From the NCBI GenBank assembly GCA_031414775.1, contig JANOQI010000009.1, positions 1 through 50,856 on the forward strand: DNA of 50,856 nucleotides. Direction: 5' to 3'. The notes beneath the pieces were generated by a model that saw only the letters and a list, made by a program, of their open reading frames with translations, did not search any database and was not told where the DNA came from. Position 1 is the first letter of the stretch, and the number at the start of each line of letters is the position of its first letter. Both the position numbers and the translations under genes were made by a program. This document shows, in pieces, positions 32,701 to 42,470 of this stretch. The stretch is from Synechococcales cyanobacterium VAR_4_metabat_354. Lineage in GTDB: Bacteria > Cyanobacteriota > Cyanobacteriia > Cyanobacteriales > Chamaesiphonaceae.

Positions 32701-33960
32701 ATGGAAAGTACACCACAAAGACCAAAATTCATTATCACGCCCCACATTACTCGCCGTGATTTATTAATAGGGATGGCCGCAGCGGGTGGAGTCGCAGCCT
32801 TGAGTAGTCTGGGATATAAAACTCTTACGGCTAAAGAAGAAGATACTACCCAAGAAGCTGTGCCCTTCTTTGGCTTGCATCAATCTGGTATCGTCAACCC
32901 TATTCCAGCAGCTGGTTTAATAGTCTCCTTTGATGTTTTAGCTAAGAACAAGCAAGACTTAACCCGCTTACTCCAGACGTTAACTACCCAAATTGAATTT
33001 TTAACTAAGGGTGGTAGGGTGCCCCGCATTGATCCGAAGCTACCACCGGTCAACTCTGGCGTGATGGGTGACCAAGTTTTTCCAGATAATTTGACGATCA
33101 CTGCGGCTGTAGGTGCTTCATTGTTTGATGATCGATTTGCTCTAAGCAAAGTGAAGCCAGTTCATTTAGTGAAAATGCCTGCTTTTCCCAACGATGCCTT
33201 AGATAGCGGTCGCTGTCATGGAGATTTATTGTTGCAGTTTTGTTCTAATACGGCTGAAACTAACATTCATGCTTTGCGAGACATCATTAAAAATCTACCT
33301 GATTTAATTTCTTTGCGCTGGCAACTAGATGGGTCTTTGCCACCTCATACACTCAAGAAGCCTGGTGAAAACCCTCGCAATCTATTGGGATTCAAAGACG
33401 GTACTGCTAACTTAGATGCCAAAGATCAAAAGCTGATGGAAAAATCTGTATGGGTGCAGCCAAAATCGAATGAGCCAGCCTGGACAGCCGGTGGTACTTA
33501 TCAAGTAGTTAGAATTATTAAGAATAGAGTTGAATTCTGGGATCGGACTCCACTTAAAGAACAGCAAGAAATTATTGGTAGAGATAAATACACCGGCGCA
33601 CCGCTGGGAATGAAAAATGAGCGAGATACTCCCAATTATGAAGAAGATCCTGAAGGTAAAACTATCTTTAAAGATGCTCATATTCGACTTGCTAATCCTC
33701 GAAAGTCGGATTTAGGTTTCATTCTCCGCCGAGCCTTTAACTATTCTCGTGGCTATACAAAGTCCGGTCAGTTGGATATGGGGCTATTATTTGTCTGTTT
33801 TCAAGCGAATTTGGAGCGTGGTTTCATTACTGTCCAAGAACGTTTAAATGGTGAACCACTTGAAGAATATATTCAGCCAGTAGGTGGTGGATATTTCTTT
33901 GCTCTACCAGGTGTCAAAGATAAAAATAGCTACTTGGGTCAAGCTTTGATTGAAGCATAG
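32701..33960 (+). CDS. efeB: Dyp-type peroxidase EfeB
   Basis: Tat motif TRRDLL; GFKDGTAN, HIRLANPR, ILRRAFNY, EPLEEYI. Confidence 0.93.
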   Translation: MESTPQRPKFIITPHITRRDLLIGMAAAGGVAALSSLGYKTLTAKEEDTTQEAVPFFGLHQSGIVNPIPAAGLIVSFDVLAKNKQDLTRLLQTLTTQIEFLTKGGRVPRIDPKLPPVNSGVMGDQVFPDNLTITAAVGASLFDDRFALSKVKPVHLVKMPAFPNDALDSGRCHGDLLLQFCSNTAETNIHALRDIIKNLPDLISLRWQLDGSLPPHTLKKPGENPRNLLGFKDGTANLDAKDQKLMEKSVWVQPKSNEPAWTAGGTYQVVRIIKNRVEFWDRTPLKEQQEIIGRDKYTGAPLGMKNERDTPNYEEDPEGKTIFKDAHIRLANPRKSDLGFILRRAFNYSRGYTKSGQLDMGLLFVCFQANLERGFITVQERLNGEPLEEYIQPVGGGYFFALPGVKDKNSYLGQALIEA

Positions 33961-33970
33961 TTATAACAGA

Positions 33971-34489
33971 TTAGTTTCTTTCAGAATCTTCTGTCATAAG
34001 AGCGATCGACTTACTACACTGCCAATTGTTAGCAGTGATAGCGGGATAACCCATCTGTACTGCCTCCGTGCAAATACCATAGATAGTAAGCTGGCAATCA
34101 AGCATATGCCAGCCGCATTTTTCGACCTGTTTAATACTCTGTTTCAGAATGGAATCATTTTCAAACTCGATGGTGCGGTTGCATTGAATACAAACCACAT
34201 GGTGATGATGATGCGGAGATGAGGTATTTATTTCATAGTGCTTATGACCTTCGGCCAGCTCTAGCTCCCGCAAAATCCCCATACGTGCCATAACCTTCAC
34301 TGTGCGATAGACAGTAGACAAACTAATATCTTCCTGCCGTTTTTCTAAGGTTCTATGTAAATCATCAGCGCTGAGATGATTCCCCTGAGGCAACGTCTGA
34401 AAGACTTGTAGGATTTTTTCACGCTGAGGTGTGAGCCGCCAGCCCTTGTTATTTAACTCTGCCCGAAAAGAGTTAGGTGTAATAGCCAC
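33971..34489 (-). CDS. fur: Fur family regulator, FurA-like paralogue with C-terminal extension
   Basis: GWRLTPQRE, HLSA, LSTVYRT, ELAEGHKHYE, HHHHHVVCIQC. Confidence 0.9.
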   Translation of the reverse strand: MAITPNSFRAELNNKGWRLTPQREKILQVFQTLPQGNHLSADDLHRTLEKRQEDISLSTVYRTVKVMARMGILRELELAEGHKHYEINTSSPHHHHHVVCIQCNRTIEFENDSILKQSIKQVEKCGWHMLDCQLTIYGICTEAVQMGYPAITANNWQCSKSIALMTEDSERN

Positions 34490-34538
34490 TAGTAATCACT
34501 ATTTAGCACGTCAAGATATTCAGGCATATCATAACCTT

Positions 34539-34557
34539 TATAGAAATAAATCTCAAT
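34539..34557. promoter_or_regulatory. Candidate autoregulatory Fur box
   Basis: TATAGAAATAAATCTCAAT, about 50 bp upstream of fur. Confidence 0.4.
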
Positions 34558-34644
34558 AGTGTTTTGTTCTCTTGTTGTAATATCGACTCCATCTCATCGC
34601 GATACTGAAGCAAGTACCATTCCTTTCGGACAATGAACATGAGG

Positions 34645-35090
34645 AATTTGTGATTCTTGAATTTCCTCTGCATCGTAGCTCGATCGACCATAAATCCGTT
34701 GTAATAGAGGATTTCCCGACCGGTGCTAGAGATCGATCGAAGCAATAGTGCTTTACGCCAATCTCATAACGTTTTTCGCCAGCAATCATCACCGGTTGAT
34801 CCAGCAAGTAAGTAGTCCAGTGCGATTCACCCCCAACGCGATAGGGGGCACATAAATGGCAACATTTTGCTAGCCAGTCGCCGATAGTCTTTCAGGCTGA
34901 TTAATGATTTTGGCTGTTGCTGGAGTAATGACAGATCGAACTTAGTGAAAGCACGAATCTCTGTCGTTACCACGCCGTACATAACCCGCCTGGTTGATGA
35001 TACATCTCAAAGATGCAACCATTCATCTGGGCGTAGCAACCGGCTGCTAGCCCAGCAATCCCTGCCCCAATAATGATCATGGTGTGTCAT
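34645..35090 (-). pseudogene. Phytoene-dehydrogenase-like FAD oxidoreductase, multiply deleted
   Basis: Pieces: MIIIGAGIAGLAAGCYAQMNG/IFEM..QPGGLCTAW*; EIRAFTKFDLSLLQQPK..MLPF; HWTTYLLDQP..KHYCFDRSLAPVGKS; QRIYGRSSYDAEEIQESQI. Separated by stops and frameshifts. Confidence 0.8.
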
Positions 35091-35093
35091 TTA

Positions 35094-35183
35094 TTAACCC
35101 GGCAATTGACACTGCCCAATAATCATCCCATCAAGTATCCGAATAACTCGTTTAGTTTTGGCAGCAATGTTGGCATCATGAGT
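35094..35183 (-). pseudogene. C-terminal remnant of a LolD/MacB-type ABC ATPase
   Basis: THDANIAAKTKRVIRILDGMII...* (H-loop and terminal strands only). Confidence 0.75.
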
Positions 35184-35335
35184 AGATCGGCTTGAATGGC
35201 GCGGCGTAGCAATCGACCAGAGCCAACGATACCTTATTGACCAACAAATTCATATAGCGATCGAGGGCGCATTTTTGCGGCCAAGGATGCATCTTGATCC
35301 CTCAACTGCTGATACTGACGTTCAAATAAATCCAT
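35180..35335 (-). pseudogene. rarA: N-terminal remnant of RarA/MgsA-type AAA+ ATPase
   Basis: MDLFE...LAAKMRPRSLYEFVGQ*GIVGSGRLLRRAIQADLL; internal stop, truncated before Walker A. Confidence 0.8.
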
Positions 35336-35832
35336 ATTAAAACCAAAGCAGCATCTTTACATTATTCGAGAATCTGTAATACACATTGTATCAGTAAGAA
35401 TACAATATTCAAATATTGTAGAAGTGTTTCTAGAGCTATGAAAAAAGTCTGTAATGTAGTGGAGTAGGCTCCGTTATTCAACATTATTCTCAGCCAAAAT
35501 GCTTAAATTTTAGATATTGCAACAGTAAAGATATTTTAGAGAAAGTAAAAACCTAGATCTTTATGGAAGAAAGGTATTATCAGCGATATACGTGGAGAAT
35601 TCATAAATGGCACTGTTCATATCAACTTACGCAATATGACTAAAATTCTCCCTAAATACACTTAGATTTTGCAAACACAGATTAAGATCTAGCTGTGATT
35701 TTTTTTATCTTTAAAATTAAGCTTTAATTATTCTATTTTGGATATAAATTATCCAAATTGAGTCAAGTTCAAGAATATTAAATAGTTACTCCTTATTGCT
35801 AGTAAATTATACAATCAACCTATACTAGTAAT

Positions 35833-35862
35833 ATAGATAACAGCAAAATAGATAACAGCAAA
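35833..35862 (+). repeat. Perfect 15-bp tandem duplication
   Basis: ATAGATAACAGCAAA x2. Confidence 0.85.
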
Positions 35863-35911
35863 ATTGAATAATGCTTTCACCGAATGTAGTAGTCATGAGG
35901 AAGAAGACATA

Positions 35912-36637
35912 ATGAAAAAAATAAGTGCATTTATCAAACGAGTGATGGATATAATACTGACTAGTTTAGGTCTATTACTACTGTCACCAATTATGTTGGC
36001 GATCGCTATTAGTATCAAACTCACATCTCCTGGCCAGGTTATTTACTCCCAAATTCGGGTGGGTTTACGTCGTCAGCATTTTAAAATTTATAAATTTCGA
36101 TCAATGGTGTCTGGAGCCGATCTGATAGGTAGTTCAGTAACAAAATATGGGGATAGCCGTATTACAACTGTTGGGAGGTTTATCCGACGGACAAAACTAG
36201 ACGAACTACCACAATTGTGGAACGTACTGATAGGAGATATGACCCTGGTTGGTCCTCGCCCGGATGTACCCGAAATCATCGATTTATACACCACAGAAAT
36301 GCTACAAATACTCAAAGTGCGTCCAGGAATTACCAGTATTGCTTCACTACATTTACGAGACGAAGATGATTTGTTAAAACTAGCAAATCAACCAGATCAA
36401 GCATATGAAAAAATTATCTTGCCTGCCAAAATAGAACTTGCCATGGTTCATGTAAATCATCCTTCCGTCCTACTAGACTTGCGTATATTATTTCAAACTG
36501 TTTGGATATTAATAATTGGTAAAATGGTTATAGTTCCTGAGCATCGTATTCTCCAGAAATTAAGTCGATCAATCATTGATTCTAATTCTCATCAATATCC
36601 ATCGGCATTACAAAACTCTTGTAAAGAAACCCTCTAG
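35912..36637 (+). CDS. Polyprenyl-phosphate glycosylphosphotransferase (sugar transferase)
   Basis: KRVMD, KFRSM, LDELPQLWNVL.GDM.LVGPRP, RPGIT; ATG 35912 after GAGG. Confidence 0.9.
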   Translation: MKKISAFIKRVMDIILTSLGLLLLSPIMLAIAISIKLTSPGQVIYSQIRVGLRRQHFKIYKFRSMVSGADLIGSSVTKYGDSRITTVGRFIRRTKLDELPQLWNVLIGDMTLVGPRPDVPEIIDLYTTEMLQILKVRPGITSIASLHLRDEDDLLKLANQPDQAYEKIILPAKIELAMVHVNHPSVLLDLRILFQTVWILIIGKMVIVPEHRILQKLSRSIIDSNSHQYPSALQNSCKETL

Positions 36638-36748
36638 GAATTTTGATATTGAGATATAAGTAGTACATCATAGAGAAAACAATTGTGTTGCAAGTTGGGG
36701 TAAGACAGCGGTGGCAAGTAATCTTACCGACGGGTGCGAGATGAATTC

Positions 36749-37927
36749 ATGAAAAAGATTTTAATGGTTACGACAATTTCACGTACTCTGAAAGATTTTC
36801 TTTTTCCTTTCGTTCGACATTTTCGTGCACTAGGTTGGTCAGTTGATGGAATGGCTTGTGGTATTTCTGAAGATGCTAGCTGTTTAGAGGTATTCGATCG
36901 AGTCTGGGATGTGGAAATATCCAGAAATCCCCTTGACCCAAAAAATTTCCGGCACACTCCCAATAGCATCCGCTGCATTGTGGAGCGAGAACAATACGAT
37001 ATAGTCCATGTACATACTCCTGTTGCAGCTTTACTTGTTCGATATTCTCTCAACAATTTGAGAAAATGCCACAAAGTGAAAGTGATCTACACAGCTCACG
37101 GTTTTCACTTTCATAAAGGGGCAAACCCACTTACTAATCTTATTTTTATCGCTCTAGAAAAACTAGCCGGGGCTTGGACAGATTATTTAATAGTAATCAA
37201 TCACGATGATGAACAAGCAGCCCAACGCTATCATTTTCTCGCACCAGAACGCATTCGTTACATGCCAGGAATTGGCGTAGATATTGATATTTACAATCAC
37301 AATCAGGTATCAGAGACAGATATTACCCGCGTGCGTCAAGAGATCGGCATATTGCCAACTAATCCACTATTTTTAGCAATAGCTGAATTTACGCCTAACA
37401 AACGTCACCAAGATATGATTAAAGCTATAGCCCAGCTAGCACGACCAGATGTTCATCTAGCTTGTGCTGGCGTTGGCGATCCGGCGTTATTAGACGAACT
37501 TCATAAATTAAGTAATGAAGTAGGTGTCAAAGGAAGAGTGCATTTCTTGGGATATCGTAATGATATTCCGACCTTAATCTGTGCTGCTCAAGCAATTATA
37601 TTAACTTCCAAACGGGAAGGATTGCCAAGAAGCATTATGGAAGCATTATGCCTATCTACTCCTGTCATTGGAACAAAGATTCGGGGAATTAGCGACCTAT
37701 TAGCAAACAATTGCGGTCTTTTAATCAATGTGGGAGATGTCCAGGCTCTAGCAGCTGCTATGGCTTGGGTTCTAGATCATCCGCCAGAAGCTCAGGAAAT
37801 GGCCAAACGAGGGAAAAAACGCATGTCTAACTATAATATAAGTCACATTCTGGATTTGCATGCGGCTCTATATACGGAAGCTTTAAAGTCATCTCCCACC
37901 ATGACAACACAGCCTACTGAGATATGA
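36749..37927 (+). CDS. Glycosyltransferase family 4
   Basis: HVHTP, YTAHGFHF, EGLPRSIMEA. Confidence 0.9.
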   Translation: MKKILMVTTISRTLKDFLFPFVRHFRALGWSVDGMACGISEDASCLEVFDRVWDVEISRNPLDPKNFRHTPNSIRCIVEREQYDIVHVHTPVAALLVRYSLNNLRKCHKVKVIYTAHGFHFHKGANPLTNLIFIALEKLAGAWTDYLIVINHDDEQAAQRYHFLAPERIRYMPGIGVDIDIYNHNQVSETDITRVRQEIGILPTNPLFLAIAEFTPNKRHQDMIKAIAQLARPDVHLACAGVGDPALLDELHKLSNEVGVKGRVHFLGYRNDIPTLICAAQAIILTSKREGLPRSIMEALCLSTPVIGTKIRGISDLLANNCGLLINVGDVQALAAAMAWVLDHPPEAQEMAKRGKKRMSNYNISHILDLHAALYTEALKSSPTMTTQPTEI

Positions 37928-37954
37928 TGAAAATGTTAAACAACAAATTCAATA

Positions 37955-38590
37955 ATGAAAGAGCGTTGGCTACAGCTATGGCACAGACTGGAATTTGAGC
38001 CACCAGAAAAAAGTTGGGCACAGTTATCAGATCTCTACAACTCTCCAGATCGCCACTATCATAACCTAAATCACATCTTATTCTGTTTGAAACTGCTGGA
38101 GTTAGCCGCAAACAATCAACCAAAGGGGAAAGATTCTAGGCTAATTACAGCAGTCGAACTAGCTATTTGGTTTCATGATGCCATTTACGATCCCCACGCT
38201 GCCGATAACGAACAGCAGAGCGCGAACTTAGCTCGATCGACTATCCAAGAAGCTGGGCTGAGTCAAGAATTAGCCGATCGAGTCTACCAATTAGTATTAG
38301 CCACTGGCCACGTCAATAGTACTATCGATGATTACAATACTCAATTACTAATCGATATCGATTTGGCGATATTGGGTAGTAAACCCGATATCTTTTGGGC
38401 ATATGAATCCCAGATTCGTCAAGAATATGCTTGGGTACCACTGGCTACTTTTCAACAAAAACGCGCCGAGATTCTGCAAACTTTTCTCGATCGAACAAAC
38501 ATTTATCAGACCGCCTGCTACCGAGAAAAATTTGAAGCGCCTGCCCGTCGGAACTTGATCCAGTCAATTGCTCAGCTAGCCAACAAATAG
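37955..38590 (+). CDS. HD-superfamily metal-dependent phosphohydrolase
   Basis: RHYHNL.H, WFHDAIYD, DNE..SA, DIDLAIL, IRQEY. Confidence 0.82.
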   Translation: MKERWLQLWHRLEFEPPEKSWAQLSDLYNSPDRHYHNLNHILFCLKLLELAANNQPKGKDSRLITAVELAIWFHDAIYDPHAADNEQQSANLARSTIQEAGLSQELADRVYQLVLATGHVNSTIDDYNTQLLIDIDLAILGSKPDIFWAYESQIRQEYAWVPLATFQQKRAEILQTFLDRTNIYQTACYREKFEAPARRNLIQSIAQLANK

Positions 38591-40164
38591 AGTGTCAGCA
38601 TTGACCCCCCATTCCAAAGACTGTGGAGCAACATCGAGGATAGTAAATTGCCAGTACGGTGATAGACATAGCCCAAAATGATTCCCAACACCGCTAAAGG
38701 CATCAGCTCAGATAAGCTGAGATGTGCAGCCGCAAAAATTATCCCACTAGCAACAATCGCCTGCCCTGACGAAAGATAACGAGTCAGAGAAGGCATCAAA
38801 AATCCTCGGAAAAAATATTCTTCAAATAATGGTGCCGCTACTGCTGCCGTCAACAAAAAGAAAATAAAAGCGCTATTATCTTTGCTATCCAAGACGATCG
38901 ACAAAATTGGATTACTACCCCCTTTACCTTGCCAAATTTTATCGTTAATTACCGATACTAGTAACACAATCGGGGTAGCTACTAAATAACCACCCAGACC
39001 CCAGATCAACCAATTCTTAGTGCCTTTGAAACTAAACCAATCTGCCGATAGCGGCTGATAAGGAGCCAGAGAACTACGCATGAACCAAGTTACCCCTACT
39101 GCCATCGTAAGATAGCTAAAGAAGATATAGGCCGCCTTCTGCCATAGTGCTACTTGGGCAAGATTGATACCAGTTAATTTAAAGCCTAGGTTGAACAAAA
39201 TAGGAAGTAGCAATTGGCCAATCACTAAAAAGCCCAAAACCACCTGCCAAATAATTTCTCCATCCCAAGGTACTGATAATTGCTGGGTTTCTCCTAATAG
39301 TGGATCTGGCCTTAATTCATCTAATCTAGCTGGGGTAGTTAATGAAGACTGTCGCATTTTGAGCAGCTGAGCGACTAGTAACCATAAAGCCCAAAGTACT
39401 CCTAGTAACAAACCACCACCCCGGATAATCGTTAAGTTTGCCAGTTTATAAATAGCAGCTAAAGCCGCATTAATTTGGTTGGCTTGGAGTTGGCCAAGGG
39501 CGGCTTTGTCACCCTGTCTTTGATATAGCTGATGTAAAGCCTGATAGCGAAACCATCCTTGGAGGTTTCGATCGATCAACTGGCTAGCTGAAGTCGGAAC
39601 GGGTTTTTGGGGATTCCAGAGCTGGGTTAAAACATCAGCCGTGTTGGCCAGTGGGGACTCCGGCAATTCCCGGCGTAGTTGTTGCCAAGTCTGTTGGGCA
39701 GCGGTGGTCTGTTGCTGAACAGCTTGGAGCAGTCCCAGCTCTAGATTGATTTGTTGAGAATTGCGCTGGATTACTTTTAATGGTTTAGCTAAAGTTTCAG
39801 CGATGGCCTGTCGATTGGTAATCTCTGGATTAAACTCCGCTTCTTGCATTCGTTGCTGAAGTTGAATAGTGGTTTTCTGATTCACTGAGCGAGCAGCTTC
39901 GTATTGAGTCTGAGCCAACGATACAGCTTCTTTACCCACCAAAGAATTGTAAACCTCTGTTGGAATTTGGGCTTGCTCTAAGTCTTGAGCATTCAAACTG
40001 GATGCTTGCAGCAAGATATTAGTCTGATATAGTTCTAACTTTCCCTGCACCTGCGGTTCATTCCAACTACCCAAAAGAGCCGAACAGACAATGAGTCCCA
40101 TGACGATCGACAACAAGCTCAAAATAATACGTTTGACAGTCCAGCCCTTTGTTGCGCCCTGCAT
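38572..40164 (-). CDS. CPBP (Abi/CAAX type II) intramembrane metalloprotease with large soluble domain
   Basis: EEYFFRG, FAAAH, HSLWN. Confidence 0.9.
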   Translation of the reverse strand: MQGATKGWTVKRIILSLLSIVMGLIVCSALLGSWNEPQVQGKLELYQTNILLQASSLNAQDLEQAQIPTEVYNSLVGKEAVSLAQTQYEAARSVNQKTTIQLQQRMQEAEFNPEITNRQAIAETLAKPLKVIQRNSQQINLELGLLQAVQQQTTAAQQTWQQLRRELPESPLANTADVLTQLWNPQKPVPTSASQLIDRNLQGWFRYQALHQLYQRQGDKAALGQLQANQINAALAAIYKLANLTIIRGGGLLLGVLWALWLLVAQLLKMRQSSLTTPARLDELRPDPLLGETQQLSVPWDGEIIWQVVLGFLVIGQLLLPILFNLGFKLTGINLAQVALWQKAAYIFFSYLTMAVGVTWFMRSSLAPYQPLSADWFSFKGTKNWLIWGLGGYLVATPIVLLVSVINDKIWQGKGGSNPILSIVLDSKDNSAFIFFLLTAAVAAPLFEEYFFRGFLMPSLTRYLSSGQAIVASGIIFAAAHLSLSELMPLAVLGIILGYVYHRTGNLLSSMLLHSLWNGGSMLTLYLLAS

Positions 40165-40207
40165 GGTTAACCAGAAATAGTTTATCTAACCATTATCGTA
40201 CAAACCG

Positions 40208-41506
40208 TCAAAGTCCTTGCTCAATATAGGCAATCACCTGCTCTAGATACCAATCTTCATCGTAGCCAGGATACTCTTCCTGATAGCGGGTAATGAGGCG
40301 CTCGGCCATTGGCCACTGACCACCGACTAAAACCAACAGGCGCTGACGTAAATCTCGGTCGCCTTTGCTCAAGGGTGGGTTAGTTGGAGTCGTTGAAGTA
40401 CTACTGGGTGATATTGGCTGAACTGATTGGTTCGTTTGGAAGCTTTGAAGTTTTTTGATAGTTTCTTGATAGCTGCTCAAATTATGTTGATCGAGATACA
40501 TATTAGCTGCCGTTTGATAATCCGCCTGTGCTGCCTTCAATTCTTCGATTTTGGCATGAGCTTGAGCGCGTTCTACGTAGGCATCAGCATCTTGGGGATT
40601 AATCGCGATCGACTGGTTCAGCTCTTCGATCATCTGCAGATAGTTACCTAAACTAGCCTGTACCTGTGCCTGAAAAATATAGATTTGGGCATCTTGGGGA
40701 TTAATTCGGAGTGCCTGAGCAAAGTCGCCTAAAGCTCCTTGAAAGTCACCTAATTGCTGACGCATCCGTCCGCGATGGCGATAGGCCGTGTGTACTTTAG
40801 GATCAATCCGCAGGGCGGTATTAAAATCCAGCAAAGCTGCATCATTATTTTGGCGCATCATTTGGATCACGCCGCGACAGCAGTAGGCTTGAGCATCTTG
40901 AGGATTCGATCTCACTGCTCCATCGGCAGCGCGGACAGCGCCTTCCAAATCGCCAGCTTCGGCCTTAGCGACCGCGTCACTATAAATAGTAACAGTGTTG
41001 ATCGATGAATTATTGACCGGTGGATTCCAAGCCTGGGCTTTTTCTAAACACAAACGACTGTTAGCTAAATCTTGCTGCCGGAGATAAAGACTAGCTGCTA
41101 GCTTGTAAGCCTCGATCGATTCCTGGCGTTGGGCTAATTTCTGACAAATATTTCCCTTGAGCTGGTAGGCAGGGGCGTAGTCACGAGCAAACAAGATGGC
41201 TTGGTTAATATCAGCCAAGGCTCCCGATAAGTTTTTTAAAATTAGGCGCACCAAAGACCGGCAATAGTAAGCGTCGCGCTGCTGCGGTTGGAGATCGATC
41301 GACCGAGTGTAATCGGAGATGGCATTTAGGTTATCACCCAAGTCAAAATAGACCAGACCTCGCCGGTAATAGACCTCAGCTGCCGCCGGATTGGCAATCA
41401 GCGCTAGCTCGAAATCTTCGATCGCGCCTTGATAATCCTTGGCCTGGGCTTTAGCCAATCCTTGCTGATAGTAGTCGTTCATGGTGGTGCCGATATCGCC
41501 AACCAT
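40208..41506 (-). CDS. TPR repeat protein
   Basis: Multiple TPRs in two blocks, S/T/P linker, small C-terminal helical domain; start may be 41482. Confidence 0.88.
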   Translation of the reverse strand: MVGDIGTTMNDYYQQGLAKAQAKDYQGAIEDFELALIANPAAAEVYYRRGLVYFDLGDNLNAISDYTRSIDLQPQQRDAYYCRSLVRLILKNLSGALADINQAILFARDYAPAYQLKGNICQKLAQRQESIEAYKLAASLYLRQQDLANSRLCLEKAQAWNPPVNNSSINTVTIYSDAVAKAEAGDLEGAVRAADGAVRSNPQDAQAYCCRGVIQMMRQNNDAALLDFNTALRIDPKVHTAYRHRGRMRQQLGDFQGALGDFAQALRINPQDAQIYIFQAQVQASLGNYLQMIEELNQSIAINPQDADAYVERAQAHAKIEELKAAQADYQTAANMYLDQHNLSSYQETIKKLQSFQTNQSVQPISPSSTSTTPTNPPLSKGDRDLRQRLLVLVGGQWPMAERLITRYQEEYPGYDEDWYLEQVIAYIEQGL

Positions 41507-41518
41507 CCAATAATAAAA

Positions 41519-42064
41519 CTATTTGCTGGCAGGTTGTAAATCTCGATCGGCTATTTCGGTAGTACTGACAGTGGGTGACGACTGAACAGCCAGTACCGAG
41601 CAAGGAGCATGGTGCAAGACGTAATTGCTAGTACTACCCAAAAACATTTCGCTAATCCCGGACTTGCGATTACGGCCCATCAAAATTAGATTTGCACCCC
41701 AAGTTTCAGAAACTTTACAAATCGTTTGGCCAGGATCGCCGACATTTTGGGTGAATTCTACAGTGATTCCATCAGCAGCAGCGCTGCGCGCGTAGCTTTG
41801 CAACTGAGCGATGCCCTGTTCTTCATAAACTCGCCATTCTTTCATATATTGATTGACAGCCTGCTCATTCAAAATTGGATAGAACCCTTCAATACCAATT
41901 CCGCCAGACTGGACACCAAAGTGATGAGGATCTACCGGCGAGAGCACGTGTAAAAGCATTAGATGGGCATTGAGCTGCTTAGCCAAAGCTAGCGCTTCTT
42001 CCAATATCCGCGCGGACATGGCTGTGTCATCTAAAGCCACCAAGATTTTGTTGAACATAATCAA
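41519..42064 (-). CDS. Universal stress protein
   Basis: KILVALD, GDPG, LILMG, LGSTSNYVLHHAPCSVL. Confidence 0.92.
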   Translation of the reverse strand: MIMFNKILVALDDTAMSARILEEALALAKQLNAHLMLLHVLSPVDPHHFGVQSGGIGIEGFYPILNEQAVNQYMKEWRVYEEQGIAQLQSYARSAAADGITVEFTQNVGDPGQTICKVSETWGANLILMGRNRKSGISEMFLGSTSNYVLHHAPCSVLAVQSSPTVSTTEIADRDLQPASK

Positions 42065-42470
42065 TGCTCCTAAAAATAGTCTGAAATCACCACTTTAGCC
42101 ATGAGAGCAAGTTAGGTTGTAACTAGGTTTCTCATAGTCTTATTATTTCGCAACTAATAGCGAAAGCAGCTGAATAGTTACGAATCTATACAACAACGGG
42201 TTTTTGACCAGTTGCCTTTTTCCGACGGAATCTAGCCACCTAACTATTGCAATCAATTGCTAATTGTTGGCTGAAGTTGGGGCACGTTAAGAGTATCTGT
42301 CAACTTTCCGTAATGCTTCCGGTTGACATTGAAGTTGACCAAGAGCAGTGACAAAAAAAATATTGTCACATGGACAGAACCAAAATTCTGTCGCCTGTTC
42401 CAAAATTGAAACAGAGCAACTGACTACTACATCTACCGCTAATATTCAACAATTCAATTATTTGCACCCC

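Noticed and set aside
34503..34807. Two listed minus-strand ORFs (80 and 84 aa)
   Set aside because: Frames crossing the oxidoreductase pseudogene, not independent genes
35388..35403. NtcA site
   Set aside because: Spacing is GTA-N10-TAC rather than N8
38572..38590. 19-bp overlap of convergent 3' ends
   Set aside because: Common in compact genomes; both proteins look complete
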